Source: Gemmatimonadales bacterium
GTDB taxonomy: Bacteria > Gemmatimonadota > Gemmatimonadetes > Gemmatimonadales > GWC2-71-9
Length of the DNA stretch: 64,000 nucleotides
Direction: 5' to 3'
NCBI GenBank assembly: GCA_036556025.1
Contig: DATBKD010000093.1
Location: forward strand, 1,828 to 65,827
Shown here piece by piece: positions 47,033 through 57,155 of the stretch (within the stretch, counting starts at the first letter, position 1; every line of letters starts with the position of its first letter). Position numbers and translations under genes: made by a program. A model generated the notes under the pieces. That model did no database searches. It saw only the letters and a program-made list of their open reading frames with translations, and was not told the DNA's origin.

Positions 47033-48868
47033 ATGTCGGCTTCTACCGTAACTTTCGATCCGCTGGTCGCTGCGCCCGCCGGGCCGCAGCGAATGAACAT
47101 CGTGATCGTCGGCCACGTCGACCACGGCAAGAGCACCGTGATCGGCCGCCTGCTGGCCGATACCCACTCTCTTCCCGAGGGGAAGCTGGAGCAGGTTCGG
47201 GCGCAGTGCGAGCTCAACTCCAAGCCATTTGAGTACGCGTTCCTGCTCGACGCCCTCAAGGACGAGCAGGCGCAAGGCATCACCATCGATGCTGCCCGGG
47301 TGTTCTTCAAGAGTCGGCTGCGGCCCTACCTGATCCTGGATGCTCCGGGCCACATCGAGTTTCTGAAGAACATGATCACCGGCGCGGCGCGGGCCGAGGC
47401 CGCTCTGCTGGTGATCGATGCCGCTGAGGGGGTCCAGGAAAACTCCCGGCGCCACGGCTATATGGTCTCGCTCCTCGGGGTGAAGCAGCTCGCCGTGGTG
47501 GTCAACAAGATGGATCTGGTCGGCTGGGATCGCGCCGTCTACGACCGCATCGTCCGGGAATACGGCGCCTTCCTCGATCAGGTCGGGATCCGGCCAGCCA
47601 GCTTCATTCCGGTATCCGGACGGAGTGGTGACAACATCGCCGAGCGCTCGGCCAATCTTCCCTGGTATCAGGGCCCCACCGTCCTCGATGCGCTCGATGC
47701 CTTTCGCAGCGAGCCCGCCCCGGTCAAGCGGCCATTCAGGATGCCGGTCCAGGATGTCTACAAGTTCACCAAGCAGGGGGATGACCGGCGGATCGTGGCC
47801 GGCACCATCGACTCCGGTGCGGTGAGCGTAGGCGATACCGTGATCTTCTATCCCTCGGGCAAGAAGAGCCGGGTGAAAAGCATCGAGGCGTTCAATCGGC
47901 CGATCCAGGCCCGCGCCGAGGCCGGCTCCGCCGTGGGGTTCACGCTCCAGGAGCAGATCTACATCACTCGCGGCGAGATGGCGACCGTGGAGCACGAGCC
48001 CCGCCCCCAGGTAACCACCCGGCTCCGGGTGAGCCTCTTCTGGCTGGGGAAGGAGCCGCTGGTGAAGCGGAAGGAGTATCTCCTCAAGCTGGGAACCGCC
48101 CGGGTCACGGTTCGGGTGGAGGACGTGCTCCGCGTCATGGATGCTTCCACCCTCGGCGCGACCGAGCAGGGGAGCGCGGTGCAGCGCCATGATGTGGCCG
48201 AATGCGTGCTCAAGCTGGATCGCGCCATCGCCTGTGACCTGGCCGAAGACGTGCCGGCCACCAGCAGGTTCGTGCTGGTGGACGATTTCGAGATCCGAGG
48301 CGGCGGCATCGTCCGGGAAGCCTTGCCCGACCGACAGGCTGCGATGCGGGACCGGGTGCTGCTGCGGAACTACAAGTGGGAGCCCAGCATCATTCAGCCC
48401 GAGCACCGGGCGGAGAAATACAATCAGAAGGCCGCGCTGATTCTGGTCACCGGGGAGCACGAGGCCGATCGGAAAGGCGTTGCCAAGGCGCTCGAGCGCA
48501 AGCTGTTCGAAGACGGCAAAGTGGTCTACTTCCTGGGCATCGGCAGCGTGCTCTACGGGGTGGATGCCGATATCGAGCGGAAGCCGGAAAATCGGCTGGA
48601 GCACATGCGCCGCCTGGCCGAGATCGCCAACCTGATGCTCGACGCCGGCATCATTCTCGTGGTTGCGGCGGCTGAGCTTACCCAGGAAGACCTCGAGGTC
48701 ATCAAGACCGCGGTTCAGCCGGATTGGATCGAGACCATCTGGGCCGGCGATACCATCACCACCGATCTCCCCATCGACCTTCAGCTCCCCGGTGGCGCCG
48801 TGCCGGAGGCGGTGGATCGCCTCAAGGCGCATCTCCAGGACAAGGGGATCATCTTCCGCCCATGGTAG
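47033..48868 (+). CDS. cysN: Sulfate adenylyltransferase subunit 1 (CysN-type GTPase) fused to a P-loop-less APS-kinase-like domain
   Basis: GTPase motifs [14 protein letters not shown] and NKMD. The C-terminal 170 aa align to APS kinase, but the P-loop reads [12 protein letters not shown] instead of TGLSGSGKS, and LDGD reads LGIG. Confidence 0.85.
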   Translation: MSASTVTFDPLVAAPAGPQRMNIVIVGHVDHGKSTVIGRLLADTHSLPEGKLEQVRAQCELNSKPFEYAFLLDALKDEQAQGITIDAARVFFKSRLRPYLILDAPGHIEFLKNMITGAARAEAALLVIDAAEGVQENSRRHGYMVSLLGVKQLAVVVNKMDLVGWDRAVYDRIVREYGAFLDQVGIRPASFIPVSGRSGDNIAERSANLPWYQGPTVLDALDAFRSEPAPVKRPFRMPVQDVYKFTKQGDDRRIVAGTIDSGAVSVGDTVIFYPSGKKSRVKSIEAFNRPIQARAEAGSAVGFTLQEQIYITRGEMATVEHEPRPQVTTRLRVSLFWLGKEPLVKRKEYLLKLGTARVTVRVEDVLRVMDASTLGATEQGSAVQRHDVAECVLKLDRAIACDLAEDVPATSRFVLVDDFEIRGGGIVREALPDRQAAMRDRVLLRNYKWEPSIIQPEHRAEKYNQKAALILVTGEHEADRKGVAKALERKLFEDGKVVYFLGIGSVLYGVDADIERKPENRLEHMRRLAEIANLMLDAGIILVVAAAELTQEDLEVIKTAVQPDWIETIWAGDTITTDLPIDLQLPGGAVPEAVDRLKAHLQDKGIIFRPW

Positions 48869-49620
48869 GCGCCGAGCTCCGGTCGGCGGTTATTGGTTTG
48901 GCGCGCGAGGCGGGGCGTGCCACCATGGCCTACTATGGCGAATCTGCTCCCCAGATCCGGGAAAAGAGCGACCAGAGTCCGCTCACCCTGGCCGACGAGG
49001 CAGCTCACGGGATTCTGGTGCAGGGCCTCCGGCGGCTGGATCCCGCCACTCCGGTGGTTTCGGAGGAGGGCGACATTGCGCCGTTCGAGACCAGGCGCGA
49101 GTGGCGCCGGTTCTGGCTGGTGGATCCTCTCGACGGAACCAAAGAGTTCATCAAGCGCCGGGCGGAGTTCACCGTCAACGTGGCGTTGATCGAGAATGGC
49201 GAGCCGGTCTTCGGGGTGGTGCTGGCACCGGCCCTCGATCTGCTGTATTGGGCCGTGAAGGGGGGAGGCGCCTGGCGCGAAGAGAAGGCCGGTCCCGCTG
49301 AGCGGATCTACTCCAGCACCCCGGCCCCGGGGACACCGCTCACGGTGGTGGAGAGCCTATCTCATCCCTCGCCCGAGCTGGAGGAGTACCTCCGTACCAT
49401 TCCGGTGGCCCTGCGGGTCAAGGCCGGCAGCTCCCTCAAGTTCTGCTGGGTCGCGGAAGGCCGCGCGGACATCTATCCCCGCCTGGGCCCCACCATGGAA
49501 TGGGACGTCGCCGCGGGCGACTGCGTCTACCGTCAATCGGGGCGGAATGGTGAGCGTCCGTCTCCTCTCACGTACAACAAGCCGGATCTGCGCAACGCCA
49601 ACTTCGTGATCGGCCTGTGA
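48862..49620 (+). CDS. cysQ: 3'(2'),5'-bisphosphate nucleotidase (PAP phosphatase)
   Basis: ATG 48862 overlaps the cysN stop (ATGGTAG). Inositol-monophosphatase-fold motifs [17 protein letters not shown] and WDVAAG. Confidence 0.85.
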   Translation: MVGAELRSAVIGLAREAGRATMAYYGESAPQIREKSDQSPLTLADEAAHGILVQGLRRLDPATPVVSEEGDIAPFETRREWRRFWLVDPLDGTKEFIKRRAEFTVNVALIENGEPVFGVVLAPALDLLYWAVKGGGAWREEKAGPAERIYSSTPAPGTPLTVVESLSHPSPELEEYLRTIPVALRVKAGSSLKFCWVAEGRADIYPRLGPTMEWDVAAGDCVYRQSGRNGERPSPLTYNKPDLRNANFVIGL

Positions 49621-50168
49621 GTGCCGGTCCCGTGCAGGACGCGAGAACCGGGCGGCCCGCGCCGGTGTTATGGTTCACTGGGCTGTCCGGCTCGGGGAAG
49701 AGCACCATCGCCGTCCGGGTGCAGGACGAGCTGGCGCGCCGGGGAGTCGAGGTCGAGTACATCGATGGAGATGCGCTGCGGGAGGTATTTCCTAATACCG
49801 GCTTCACCCGCGCAGAACGGGAGGAGCACCTGCGCCGCACCGGCTACATGGCGAGTCGGCTCGCGGCCCATGGAGTGACCGTCGTGGCCTCGTTGGTCTC
49901 GCCCTACCGGGAGTCGCGGGAGTTCGTCCGAACGCTCTGTCCCAGCTTCATGGAGATCTACGTGGCGACTCCGCTGGAAGAATGCGAGCGGCGAGATGTG
50001 AAGGGCCTCTACGCCCGAGCTCGCCGGGGTGAAATTCGACACTTCACCGGCATCGACGACCCCTACGAGCCACCCGAGCACCCGGAGCTGGCCTTCGATA
50101 CCCGTGATCTGAGCGTGGACGAGTGCGTGGCGAAAGTGCTCGCGCGGGTTGCTGGCACTCACCTTTGA
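49617..50168 (+). CDS. cysC: Adenylyl-sulfate (APS) kinase
   Basis: GTG 49617 overlaps the cysQ stop (GTGA). Intact P-loop [15 protein letters not shown], plus IDGDALR and RDVKGLY. Confidence 0.9.
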   Translation: MSAGPVQDARTGRPAPVLWFTGLSGSGKSTIAVRVQDELARRGVEVEYIDGDALREVFPNTGFTRAEREEHLRRTGYMASRLAAHGVTVVASLVSPYRESREFVRTLCPSFMEIYVATPLEECERRDVKGLYARARRGEIRHFTGIDDPYEPPEHPELAFDTRDLSVDECVAKVLARVAGTHL

Positions 50169-51061
50169 TGGCAGGCGAGATGGATCACCTCGATCAACTG
50201 GAGCACCGGAGCGTTCATATTCTCCGGGAAGCGTACGCCAATTTCAAGAACCTGGGGATGCTCTGGTCCATCGGGAAGGACAGCACCGTTCTCCTGTGGC
50301 TGGCCCGGAAAGCCTTCTTTGGCCATGTGCCCATCCCTCTCATTCATATCGATACCTCGTTCAAGATTCCCGAGATGATCGCCTACCGGGACCGTTTGGC
50401 ACTGGAATGGAACCTGACCATGATCTACGGTCAGAACCGGCACGCGCTGGAGGGGAAGCGCACGTATCCCGACGGGGCAATCGATCGCATCGCCTGCTGC
50501 AAGGCGCTCAAGACCGACGCCCTGAAGTACACCTTGAGCGGGGAATGGCCCCGCTATCGGCTGAACCACGCCAAGAAGGTCTACGAAGTCGACCGCAACA
50601 CCGAGCCGTTCACCGGAATCATCGTTGGGGTCCGGGCCGACGAAGAGGGCAGCCGCTCGAAGGAGCGCTACTTCTCCCCCCGGACGACCCAGTCTCATTG
50701 GGACGTGGGCGACCAGCCACCCGAGTTCTGGAACCAGTTCAAGACCGAGTTCGCCCCGGGAACCCATCTACGGATTCATCCGCTGCTCGATTGGACCGAG
50801 CTCAATATCTGGGAATACATCCGTCGGGAGCAGATCCCTACGGTCTCGCTCTACTACAATCAGGGCGACGGGAAGCGGTACCGCTCCCTGGGTTGCTATC
50901 CCTGCACCCAGCCGGTCGAGTCCGACGCCCGCAACGTCGACGAGATCATCGCGGAGCTGCAATCGGGGAAGTTCGCCAACGTCGCCGAGCGGTCAGGTCG
51001 GGCGCAGGACAAGGCGGGTGGGGGCGGACTGGAGGTCCTTCGGCGGGACGGCTACATGTGA
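50168..51061 (+). CDS. cysD: Sulfate adenylyltransferase subunit 2
   Basis: ATG 50168 shares 1 nt with the cysC stop (TGATG). [32 protein letters not shown] (PP-loop) and RSLGCYPCT. Confidence 0.95.
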   Translation: MAGEMDHLDQLEHRSVHILREAYANFKNLGMLWSIGKDSTVLLWLARKAFFGHVPIPLIHIDTSFKIPEMIAYRDRLALEWNLTMIYGQNRHALEGKRTYPDGAIDRIACCKALKTDALKYTLSGEWPRYRLNHAKKVYEVDRNTEPFTGIIVGVRADEEGSRSKERYFSPRTTQSHWDVGDQPPEFWNQFKTEFAPGTHLRIHPLLDWTELNIWEYIRREQIPTVSLYYNQGDGKRYRSLGCYPCTQPVESDARNVDEIIAELQSGKFANVAERSGRAQDKAGGGGLEVLRRDGYM

Positions 51062-51082
51062 GACCGTGAAGCGTTTCGCGCT

Positions 51083-52006
51083 TCACTTCCAGTGGCTGAG
51101 ATCGCGGTTCATGATCCGGGCGAGCAAGCCCACCTCCTCGCGGAAGGCCTCCGCCAACTCGGCCCGGAATTCGGGAGACAAGGGAGACCGGTGCTCCTTG
51201 ACGGTGTTGAGTTCCACGATCTTGCGTTTGACCGCGACGATCCCCTCGGCACCGGTGATCTGCTTGAGACCGCGGAAGGCACGGTGCAGCAGCGGCGGCG
51301 GCTTGCGGTAGAAGTCTCGCAACCAGGCCATCCTCGCGCGCTTGTTCTCGTTGATGCGGGGAAAGGCCGTCCGATTGTCATGAGGGACCTCGAGAAACTC
51401 CATGACCTCGTCGTAGACCTTCCGGGGTGAGGCCGCGAAGTCGTCGAACAAAATCAGCTTGACCTGTTCCTTCGGAAAATGAGTCAACACCCGTTGAGCC
51501 TGCGTCCCGAATCGTCCAATCTCCGCATACTGGATCAGGAGCGGTGATGGGATTCGGAGAGGCAGGTCCAAGCCCCGGGCGCGCCGTTCCTGCAGCCGCC
51601 AGGCGCTCTCGAAATCGCTTTCCGTCTCCAGGGACCAGTACAAGAGCTGAGAGTGCAGCGAATACGCCATGTCAATCGGATTGCGAAACATGGCGATGAT
51701 TCTGGCCCTGGGATTGAATGCCTGAATGTTGGGGATGGCCGTGGTCGACCGCAGATAATAGACCGAAGCCTCGCCCACCCGGAGATGACGTTCGGCACTG
51801 TCTCTGAACAGGTCGCTGTAGGCCTCCATTGTCTGGACCTCACGGTAGGGTCCCAGGTCGGTGGCAAAGAAGTGGGGCTCTTTGACCTCCGGCATGAAGA
51901 TGTTGGGGTGCGGACGAAGGTATTCGTACAACGCCGTCGTGCCGCACTTCGGGGCACCCACGATAAAGAAGTTCGGTTTAGCGGCCAAGCTCAGACCCCG
52001 CGTCAT
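51083..52006 (-). CDS. PAPS-dependent sulfotransferase (Sulfotransfer_1 / heparan-sulfate-type fold)
   Basis: ATG 52006. 5'-phosphosulfate-binding loop FFIVGAPKCGTTALYEYL and 3'-phosphate-binding motif IIAMFRNPIDMAYS. The upstream 111 codons of the track ORF were dropped. Confidence 0.8.
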   Translation of the reverse strand: MTRGLSLAAKPNFFIVGAPKCGTTALYEYLRPHPNIFMPEVKEPHFFATDLGPYREVQTMEAYSDLFRDSAERHLRVGEASVYYLRSTTAIPNIQAFNPRARIIAMFRNPIDMAYSLHSQLLYWSLETESDFESAWRLQERRARGLDLPLRIPSPLLIQYAEIGRFGTQAQRVLTHFPKEQVKLILFDDFAASPRKVYDEVMEFLEVPHDNRTAFPRINENKRARMAWLRDFYRKPPPLLHRAFRGLKQITGAEGIVAVKRKIVELNTVKEHRSPLSPEFRAELAEAFREEVGLLARIMNRDLSHWK

Positions 52007-52145
52007 GGTTTGGTCGGCGCAGAAGCAATCCGCCGGTCTCTGTCTCCCTGAAGCATATTGCGTGCACGTCCGGCCCGCCCCGCCATCGGACTGTCCGGGA
52101 AGCCAATATTGGTTCTGTAAGGGAATAGCGGACAAGCCCTTGCGG

Positions 52146-53210
52146 CTATGCCCGGCCGGAGGCGGAGGCCCCCAGAAACTGTTCGTGGAACTCCTGCAGC
52201 GTGGCTCCGCTAAAGTATATCGCGACGGTACTGAAAAGCTGCTCCAGATGATGGTAGAGTCGCTCGATCGAATCGGCGGTTCGGAAGGTGGGACTGCCGC
52301 CCGGCATGAACTCGGACGAGTGCAGCATGAGCTCCGCATAATTGCGTTGCTCGCTCCGGACCCGCTGCAGGACTTGCAACATCAGCCCCAGATTCCGCCC
52401 GTTCGGCCGCAGCCACAGCACTGGCGGAAACAGCCGATTCCATGCTCGGCGGAGGAAGGACCCTTCCGGAAGATGGCTCCCGATGGCACGGGCAACCTGA
52501 GCTCGGGACTGCAGGATCGTCATCGGCAGCTCCCAGAGCGCAGAGCCTCCCGGCCGGCTGATATCCTCGAGGTCCATCCGGTAGGCCCCTTCGGGGAAAT
52601 GGGAAAAGTCGGTTCCCCCCTGCTGCGACGGATCACCCTTCATCCGCTCCCAGGAGACATGTGGGGTCACCGAGCAGTCGATGGCGTAGCCGTGGTCGAC
52701 CAGCAGGCGGGCATACGCAGCGTTGAAGCTCCAACGGCCCGCCCGATGGCTCACCATCTTCACCGCGAAGGTGTCCTCGAGCAGGCTGGTCAGAAACTGG
52801 ATCTTCGCCCGCATGGCTTCCTGGGGGTACTCGATCAAGTACGGCTGATATCTGAAATCATCCACGGTGAGGGGGGTAATCGGCGGAGAGTTCCAGGCGT
52901 GTATATGGACGCCAACTTCGGCGGTTCCCCGACGTAGAGCGTCCCGAGCGAACTCCTGGTACGCCGGCGCCATGGCCATTTCGTAATTGGTGAGATAGGT
53001 GGGCTTGAGCCCGTAGCGCTCGCACAGCGCCTGAAACCTCGGCAAGAAGGAGGCGTTCCGGGTGGTAATCTCCTTGGGGGCCGACCACAGATCGTCCCCC
53101 TCGGTGTCAATGGTGATGAGGAACGCCGGCCGGCCAGTGAGGCTGGATTTATCACTCGAACGCGGAGACGCAGCAGTCACGCGAGCCTCAGGTGCTGGAA
53201 TGGGCAGCAA
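52146..53210 (-). CDS. Polysaccharide-deacetylase-like / glycoside-hydrolase-deacetylase barrel protein (family call tentative)
   Basis: 354 aa. FLITIDTEGDDLW near the N-terminus and HIHAW...HRAGRW resemble metal-dependent carbohydrate deacetylase-type barrels. Start is TTG 53210 or GTG 53180. Same strand as, and upstream of, the sulfotransferase. Confidence 0.5.
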   Translation of the reverse strand: MLPIPAPEARVTAASPRSSDKSSLTGRPAFLITIDTEGDDLWSAPKEITTRNASFLPRFQALCERYGLKPTYLTNYEMAMAPAYQEFARDALRRGTAEVGVHIHAWNSPPITPLTVDDFRYQPYLIEYPQEAMRAKIQFLTSLLEDTFAVKMVSHRAGRWSFNAAYARLLVDHGYAIDCSVTPHVSWERMKGDPSQQGGTDFSHFPEGAYRMDLEDISRPGGSALWELPMTILQSRAQVARAIGSHLPEGSFLRRAWNRLFPPVLWLRPNGRNLGLMLQVLQRVRSEQRNYAELMLHSSEFMPGGSPTFRTADSIERLYHHLEQLFSTVAIYFSGATLQEFHEQFLGASASGRA

Positions 53211-53254
53211 TGTATCACCACGCTATCATTCTGGCACATTCACCCGTGAAGCTC

Positions 53255-53701
53255 ATGCTCTCCAAGAAAGCGAAATACGCACTGAAGGCGCTCCTCGCGC
53301 TGGCAGACAACCCCGATGACGAGCCGGTGCGTATTTCGGATCTCGCTCGGGAACAACGGATCCCGCCGAAGTTTCTGGAGCTGATTCTGTTGGGCCTCAA
53401 GAACCAGGGCATTCTGCAGAGTCGGAAAGGGAAGGGGGGTGGCTACCGCCTGGCCCGAAACCCGGCGGATATCTATGTGGGTCAGATCGTGCGAATGTTC
53501 GATGGTCCTCTCGCCCCCGTCCCCTGCGCCAGCCAAACGGCATATGTCCCGTGCGCCGACTGCCGCGATGAGGCTGTCTGTGCCGTTCGCCTCGCGATGA
53601 AGGAGGTCCGGGACGCCACAGCAAAGATCCTGGACAACACCAGTATTGCCGCGCTGCAACAGAGGGTCGCTACCACCCAGTCTCCCGTCGCCATAGAGTA
53701 G
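53255..53701 (+). CDS. Rrf2-family transcriptional regulator (CymR/IscR-like)
   Basis: ATG 53255 gives MLSKKAKYALKALLALA...ISDLAREQRIPPKFLELILLGLKNQGILQSRKGKGGGYRLA (Rrf2 wHTH). Cys cluster PCASQTAYVPCADCRDEAVC. Confidence 0.85.
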   Translation: MLSKKAKYALKALLALADNPDDEPVRISDLAREQRIPPKFLELILLGLKNQGILQSRKGKGGGYRLARNPADIYVGQIVRMFDGPLAPVPCASQTAYVPCADCRDEAVCAVRLAMKEVRDATAKILDNTSIAALQQRVATTQSPVAIE

Positions 53702-53731
53702 GCTCCAGGCCGCCCTCTGAGCAGGAAAGTT

Positions 53732-53747
53732 TGGCATCGGAATTGCC
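53732..53747 (+). promoter_or_regulatory. Sigma-54 (-24/-12) promoter candidate upstream of the porin / sulfate-uptake genes
   Basis: TGGCATCGGAATTGCC matches TGGCAC-N5-TTGC at 9 of 10 positions with correct spacing. A sigma-70-like TTTACT-N17-TATATA (53750-53778) overlaps it, so the promoter class is unresolved. Confidence 0.5.
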
Positions 53748-53771
53748 TATTTACTCTATCTAGTAAGTAGG
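53746..53771. promoter_or_regulatory. AT-rich inverted repeat, candidate operator (Rrf2 regulator encoded immediately upstream)
   Basis: CCTATTTACT-N6-AGTAAGTAGG. The arms are complementary at 9 of 10 positions. It overlaps the -12 element / -35 hexamer of the candidate promoters. Confidence 0.45.
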
Positions 53772-53982
53772 GTATATAGGACTTGGCTCAGGCGCCTCGT
53801 TCAACCCACAGCTACCGGAGGTCGCCATCTCAAGCTCGGGGAGATCCCGCATAAGTGCGGTCCGCTATTGGATTTCGGCCGTTTTTCTGGGAGCCGCTAC
53901 GCTTCCAACTGCCCCACAGCTGGTCGCACAGCAGCCCTCCGACAGCGCGCTCGAGGCCCGGGTCAATGAGCTCGACCAGCAG

Positions 53983-55230
53983 GTGCGCATCCTCCTGCGC
54001 CTCCGTGAGCTTGCGGCGGACAGCGCAGCCGCGGCGGCCAAGGACAAGGTGACGCCGACCGCCAGTGTCAAGGATGGCTTCAGCATCAAGTCAGCCGATG
54101 GCAAGTTCGCCGTCCGGCTAAAGGGCCTGATCCAGACCGACGGCCGATTCTTTCTTTCGGATAATGCGGTCCCGGTTACCAACACCTTCTTTCTCCGTCG
54201 AGCCCGACCCATCCTGGAGGCCACTGTCGGGAAGTACCTGGAGTTCCGTCTGCAGCCGGACTTCGGGCAGGGTACGACAGTGCTGTTCGATGCATACTCC
54301 GACGTGAGAGTCTTGCCGGCATTCTCCCTGCGAGTTGGCAAATTCAAGCCTCCGGTAGACCTCGAACGACTGCAATCGGCCGGCGACATCGTGTTTGCCG
54401 AACGCGCGCTCACGACTAATCTGGCCCCGAATCGGGACGTCGGCCTCCAGCTCTCGGGCGATCTGGACAGTGGTTTCGTGGTGTGGCAGGCGGGCGTTTT
54501 CAACGGCGTGCCGGACCTCGGCAACGGTGACGGGGACGTAAGCGACGCCAAGGACTTCGCGACGCGGGTCTTCGTTCAGCCCTTCAAGACCGGCTCGTTC
54601 AGGGGCCTAGGTCTTGGCATGGCCGGGAGCACTGGCACCGAGCGGGGCAGCACCGCGGCGCCGCAGCTCGCCAGCTACCGCACCCCCGGCCAGCAATCCT
54701 GGTTCCGCTACATCTCCAGCACGACCACGCCGGCCAGCAACGTCTTTGCGGATGGCGTTCGCCAGCGGGTCGCCCCGCAGGCGTACTTCTACCGCGGGCC
54801 GCTCGGCCTCCATGGCGAGTACATCCAGTCGCGGCAGCGGGTGAGTCGGGCCGGCTTCGCCCCAGTGAAGCTCAAGCACACCGCGTGGCAGGCCACGGGG
54901 TCCTACTTCCTCACTGGGGAAAAGAACACGTTCCGCAGCGCGCCGCCCAACAGGCCATTCGATCCCAAGGCAGGCGCGTTCGGCGCGGTCGAGCTGGCGG
55001 CGCGATACTCTGAGCTCACCATCGACGGGGCAGCCTTCCCGAACTACGCCAGTCCTACCACGACGCCCCAAAAGGCCAAGGCCTGGGCCCTCGGACTCAA
55101 CTGGTATCTCGCTCGAGCCATCAAGGTCGTCGTTGACTATGAGCACACCACGTTTGTCGGCGGTGCCGCGGGCGGTGCCGACCGCGAGCCGGAGAACTTT
55201 GTGGTGAGCCGCGTCCAATACTCCTTCTGA
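53983..55230 (+). CDS. Phosphate-selective-porin O/P family anion porin (5' end probably extends upstream to about 53827)
   Basis: [27 protein letters not shown] and the C-terminal VSRVQYSF beta-barrel terminus fit the OprO/OprP family. GTG 53983 is the first canonical start, but the in-frame upstream sequence encodes the signal peptide (see findings). Confidence 0.75.
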   Translation: MRILLRLRELAADSAAAAAKDKVTPTASVKDGFSIKSADGKFAVRLKGLIQTDGRFFLSDNAVPVTNTFFLRRARPILEATVGKYLEFRLQPDFGQGTTVLFDAYSDVRVLPAFSLRVGKFKPPVDLERLQSAGDIVFAERALTTNLAPNRDVGLQLSGDLDSGFVVWQAGVFNGVPDLGNGDGDVSDAKDFATRVFVQPFKTGSFRGLGLGMAGSTGTERGSTAAPQLASYRTPGQQSWFRYISSTTTPASNVFADGVRQRVAPQAYFYRGPLGLHGEYIQSRQRVSRAGFAPVKLKHTAWQATGSYFLTGEKNTFRSAPPNRPFDPKAGAFGAVELAARYSELTIDGAAFPNYASPTTTPQKAKAWALGLNWYLARAIKVVVDYEHTTFVGGAAGGADREPENFVVSRVQYSF

Positions 55231-55261
55231 TCTCTACTCCGTGAGAGGCACGTCGACTCCC

Positions 55262-56290
55262 ATGCGAATTCGACTCTTCAGCGGCGGCTGGATCCTCTTG
55301 TTTGCCCTCGTGGCCGGCGCAGATCGTGTCGCGGCTCAGGCTGCGCCGAAGTCGGTAACCCTGCTCAACGTCTCCTACGATCCGACTCGTGAGCTGTACG
55401 AGGACTTCAACAAGCAGTTCGCCACCTATTGGAAGACCAAGACCGGCCAGGACGTGACCATCCGCCAATCCCATGGGGGCTCGGGCAAACAAGCTCGATC
55501 CGTCATCGATGGGCTGCAGGCCGATGTGGTCACACTGGCTCTGGCATACGACATCGATCAGATCGCCGAGAAAGGCGGCCTGCTGCCGGCCGATTGGCAG
55601 AAGCGGCTGCCCCACAACAGCTCGCCCTACACCTCGACCATCGTGCTCCTGGTCCGCAAAGGAAACCCCAAGGCGGTGCATGACTGGGGTGACCTCACGA
55701 AGCCTGGCGTCTCGGTGGTGACCCCTAACCCCAAGACATCCGGCGGGGCGCGATGGAACTATCTGGCGGCCTGGGGGTGGGCCCTGCGGCAGCCGGGCGG
55801 CGACGAGGCCCAGGCCAAGAATTTCATCACCCGGCTCTACCGCAACGTCCCGGTGCTCGATGCGGGTGCTCGAGGGTCGACCACGACGTTCGTCGAGCGC
55901 GGCATTGGCGACGTGCTGGTTGCCTGGGAGAATGAGGCGTTACTGGCGATCAAGGAGCTGGGCCCGGACAAATTCGAGATTGTGGCCCCTTCGGTAAGCA
56001 TTCTCGCCGAGCCTCCGGTGGCCGTAGTTGAGAAGATCGCCGGCAAGCACGGCACCCAGCAGGTGGCCCAAGCCTATCTCGAGTACCTGTACTCGCCGGA
56101 AGGGCAGCAGATCGCGGCTCGAAACTTCTATCGACCCCGGCTCGCGTCGGTCGCGGAGAAATACCAGGCCCAGTTTTCCAAAGTGACCTTGTTCACGGTC
56201 GACGAGGTGTTCGGTGGGTGGAAGAAGGCCAATGCAACCCACTTCGCCGACGGGGCGCTGTTCGACCAGATCTATCAGCCGGGGCGTTAG
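55262..56290 (+). CDS. sbp: Sulfate/thiosulfate ABC transporter substrate-binding protein
   Basis: [27 protein letters not shown] signal peptide. [28 protein letters not shown] and [16 protein letters not shown] are Sbp/CysP signatures. GTG 55241 is an alternative start. Confidence 0.9.
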   Translation: MRIRLFSGGWILLFALVAGADRVAAQAAPKSVTLLNVSYDPTRELYEDFNKQFATYWKTKTGQDVTIRQSHGGSGKQARSVIDGLQADVVTLALAYDIDQIAEKGGLLPADWQKRLPHNSSPYTSTIVLLVRKGNPKAVHDWGDLTKPGVSVVTPNPKTSGGARWNYLAAWGWALRQPGGDEAQAKNFITRLYRNVPVLDAGARGSTTTFVERGIGDVLVAWENEALLAIKELGPDKFEIVAPSVSILAEPPVAVVEKIAGKHGTQQVAQAYLEYLYSPEGQQIAARNFYRPRLASVAEKYQAQFSKVTLFTVDEVFGGWKKANATHFADGALFDQIYQPGR

Positions 56291-56318
56291 CTCCGGCTGC
56301 CGGTCCCCCCACGAAGGG

Positions 56319-57152
56319 ATGGCGATGCGGCCCACGTCACGAAGCGTGCTCCCCGGTTTCGGACTCTCGCTTGGGGTCACCTGCACCTATCTGAGCCTCA
56401 TGGTGCTGCTCCCCCTCGCGACCCTGTTCGCGCGGACCGCCGAGCTGCCCTGGCCCACCTTCTGGGCCACGGTCACCAGCCCCCGGGTGGTTGCTTCGTA
56501 TCGGGTGACCTTTGGCGCTTCCCTGGTCGCGGCGCTGGTCAATACGGTGTTTGGCCTGCTGGTGGCCTGGGTCTTGGTGCGCTACCGATTTCCCGGCCGC
56601 CGGTTGGTGGATGCGATGGTGGATCTCCCCTTCGCGCTGCCGACGGCAGTCGCCGGCATTGCCCTCACGACCCTGTACGCCTCGAACGGCTGGATCGGGA
56701 GCCGCCTCGGCCCGCTCGGCATCACGGTGTCCTACACCTGGCTGGGCATCACGGTCGCGTTGACCTTCATTGGGCTGCCGTTCGTGGTGCGAACGGTGCA
56801 GCCGGTGCTGGATGATCTCGAGGCCGAGGTGGAAGAAGCGGCGGCGAGCCTGGGTGCCGGGCGGTGGCAGATTGTTGCCCGGGTCGTGTTTCCCACGATA
56901 GGACCGGCGCTGCTCACCGGATTTGCGCTGGCCTTTGCCAGAGCGGTGGGGGAGTACGGCTCGGTGGTGTTCATCTCGGGCAACTTGCCGATGAAGACCG
57001 AGATCGTGCCCCTGCTCATCATCACCAAGCTGGAGCAATACGACTACGCGGGCGCTACCGCGGTGGCGCTGGTGATGCTGATTGTATCGTTCGGACTCCT
57101 GCTGGCCGTCAATCTGCTTCAGTGGGCGGCCCGTCGCCGCCCGGCGGTCTGA
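56319..57152 (+). CDS. cysT: Sulfate ABC transporter permease CysT
   Basis: ATG 56319 (GAAGGG RBS). [14 protein letters not shown]-terminus and [16 protein letters not shown] loop, typical of CysT. Confidence 0.9.
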   Translation: MAMRPTSRSVLPGFGLSLGVTCTYLSLMVLLPLATLFARTAELPWPTFWATVTSPRVVASYRVTFGASLVAALVNTVFGLLVAWVLVRYRFPGRRLVDAMVDLPFALPTAVAGIALTTLYASNGWIGSRLGPLGITVSYTWLGITVALTFIGLPFVVRTVQPVLDDLEAEVEEAAASLGAGRWQIVARVVFPTIGPALLTGFALAFARAVGEYGSVVFISGNLPMKTEIVPLLIITKLEQYDYAGATAVALVMLIVSFGLLLAVNLLQWAARRRPAV

Positions 57153-57155
57153 GCG

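Noticed and set aside
46970-48832. 620-aa ORF on the minus strand
   Set aside because: Antisense shadow of the cysN-like gene. It has no recognisable domain, whereas the plus-strand frame has unambiguous GTPase motifs.
53855-54052. 65-aa ORF starting at GTG 53855
   Set aside because: It is out of frame with the porin and its product is not signal-peptide-like beyond the first residues. It is relevant only as a possible frameshift partner (see the porin start finding).
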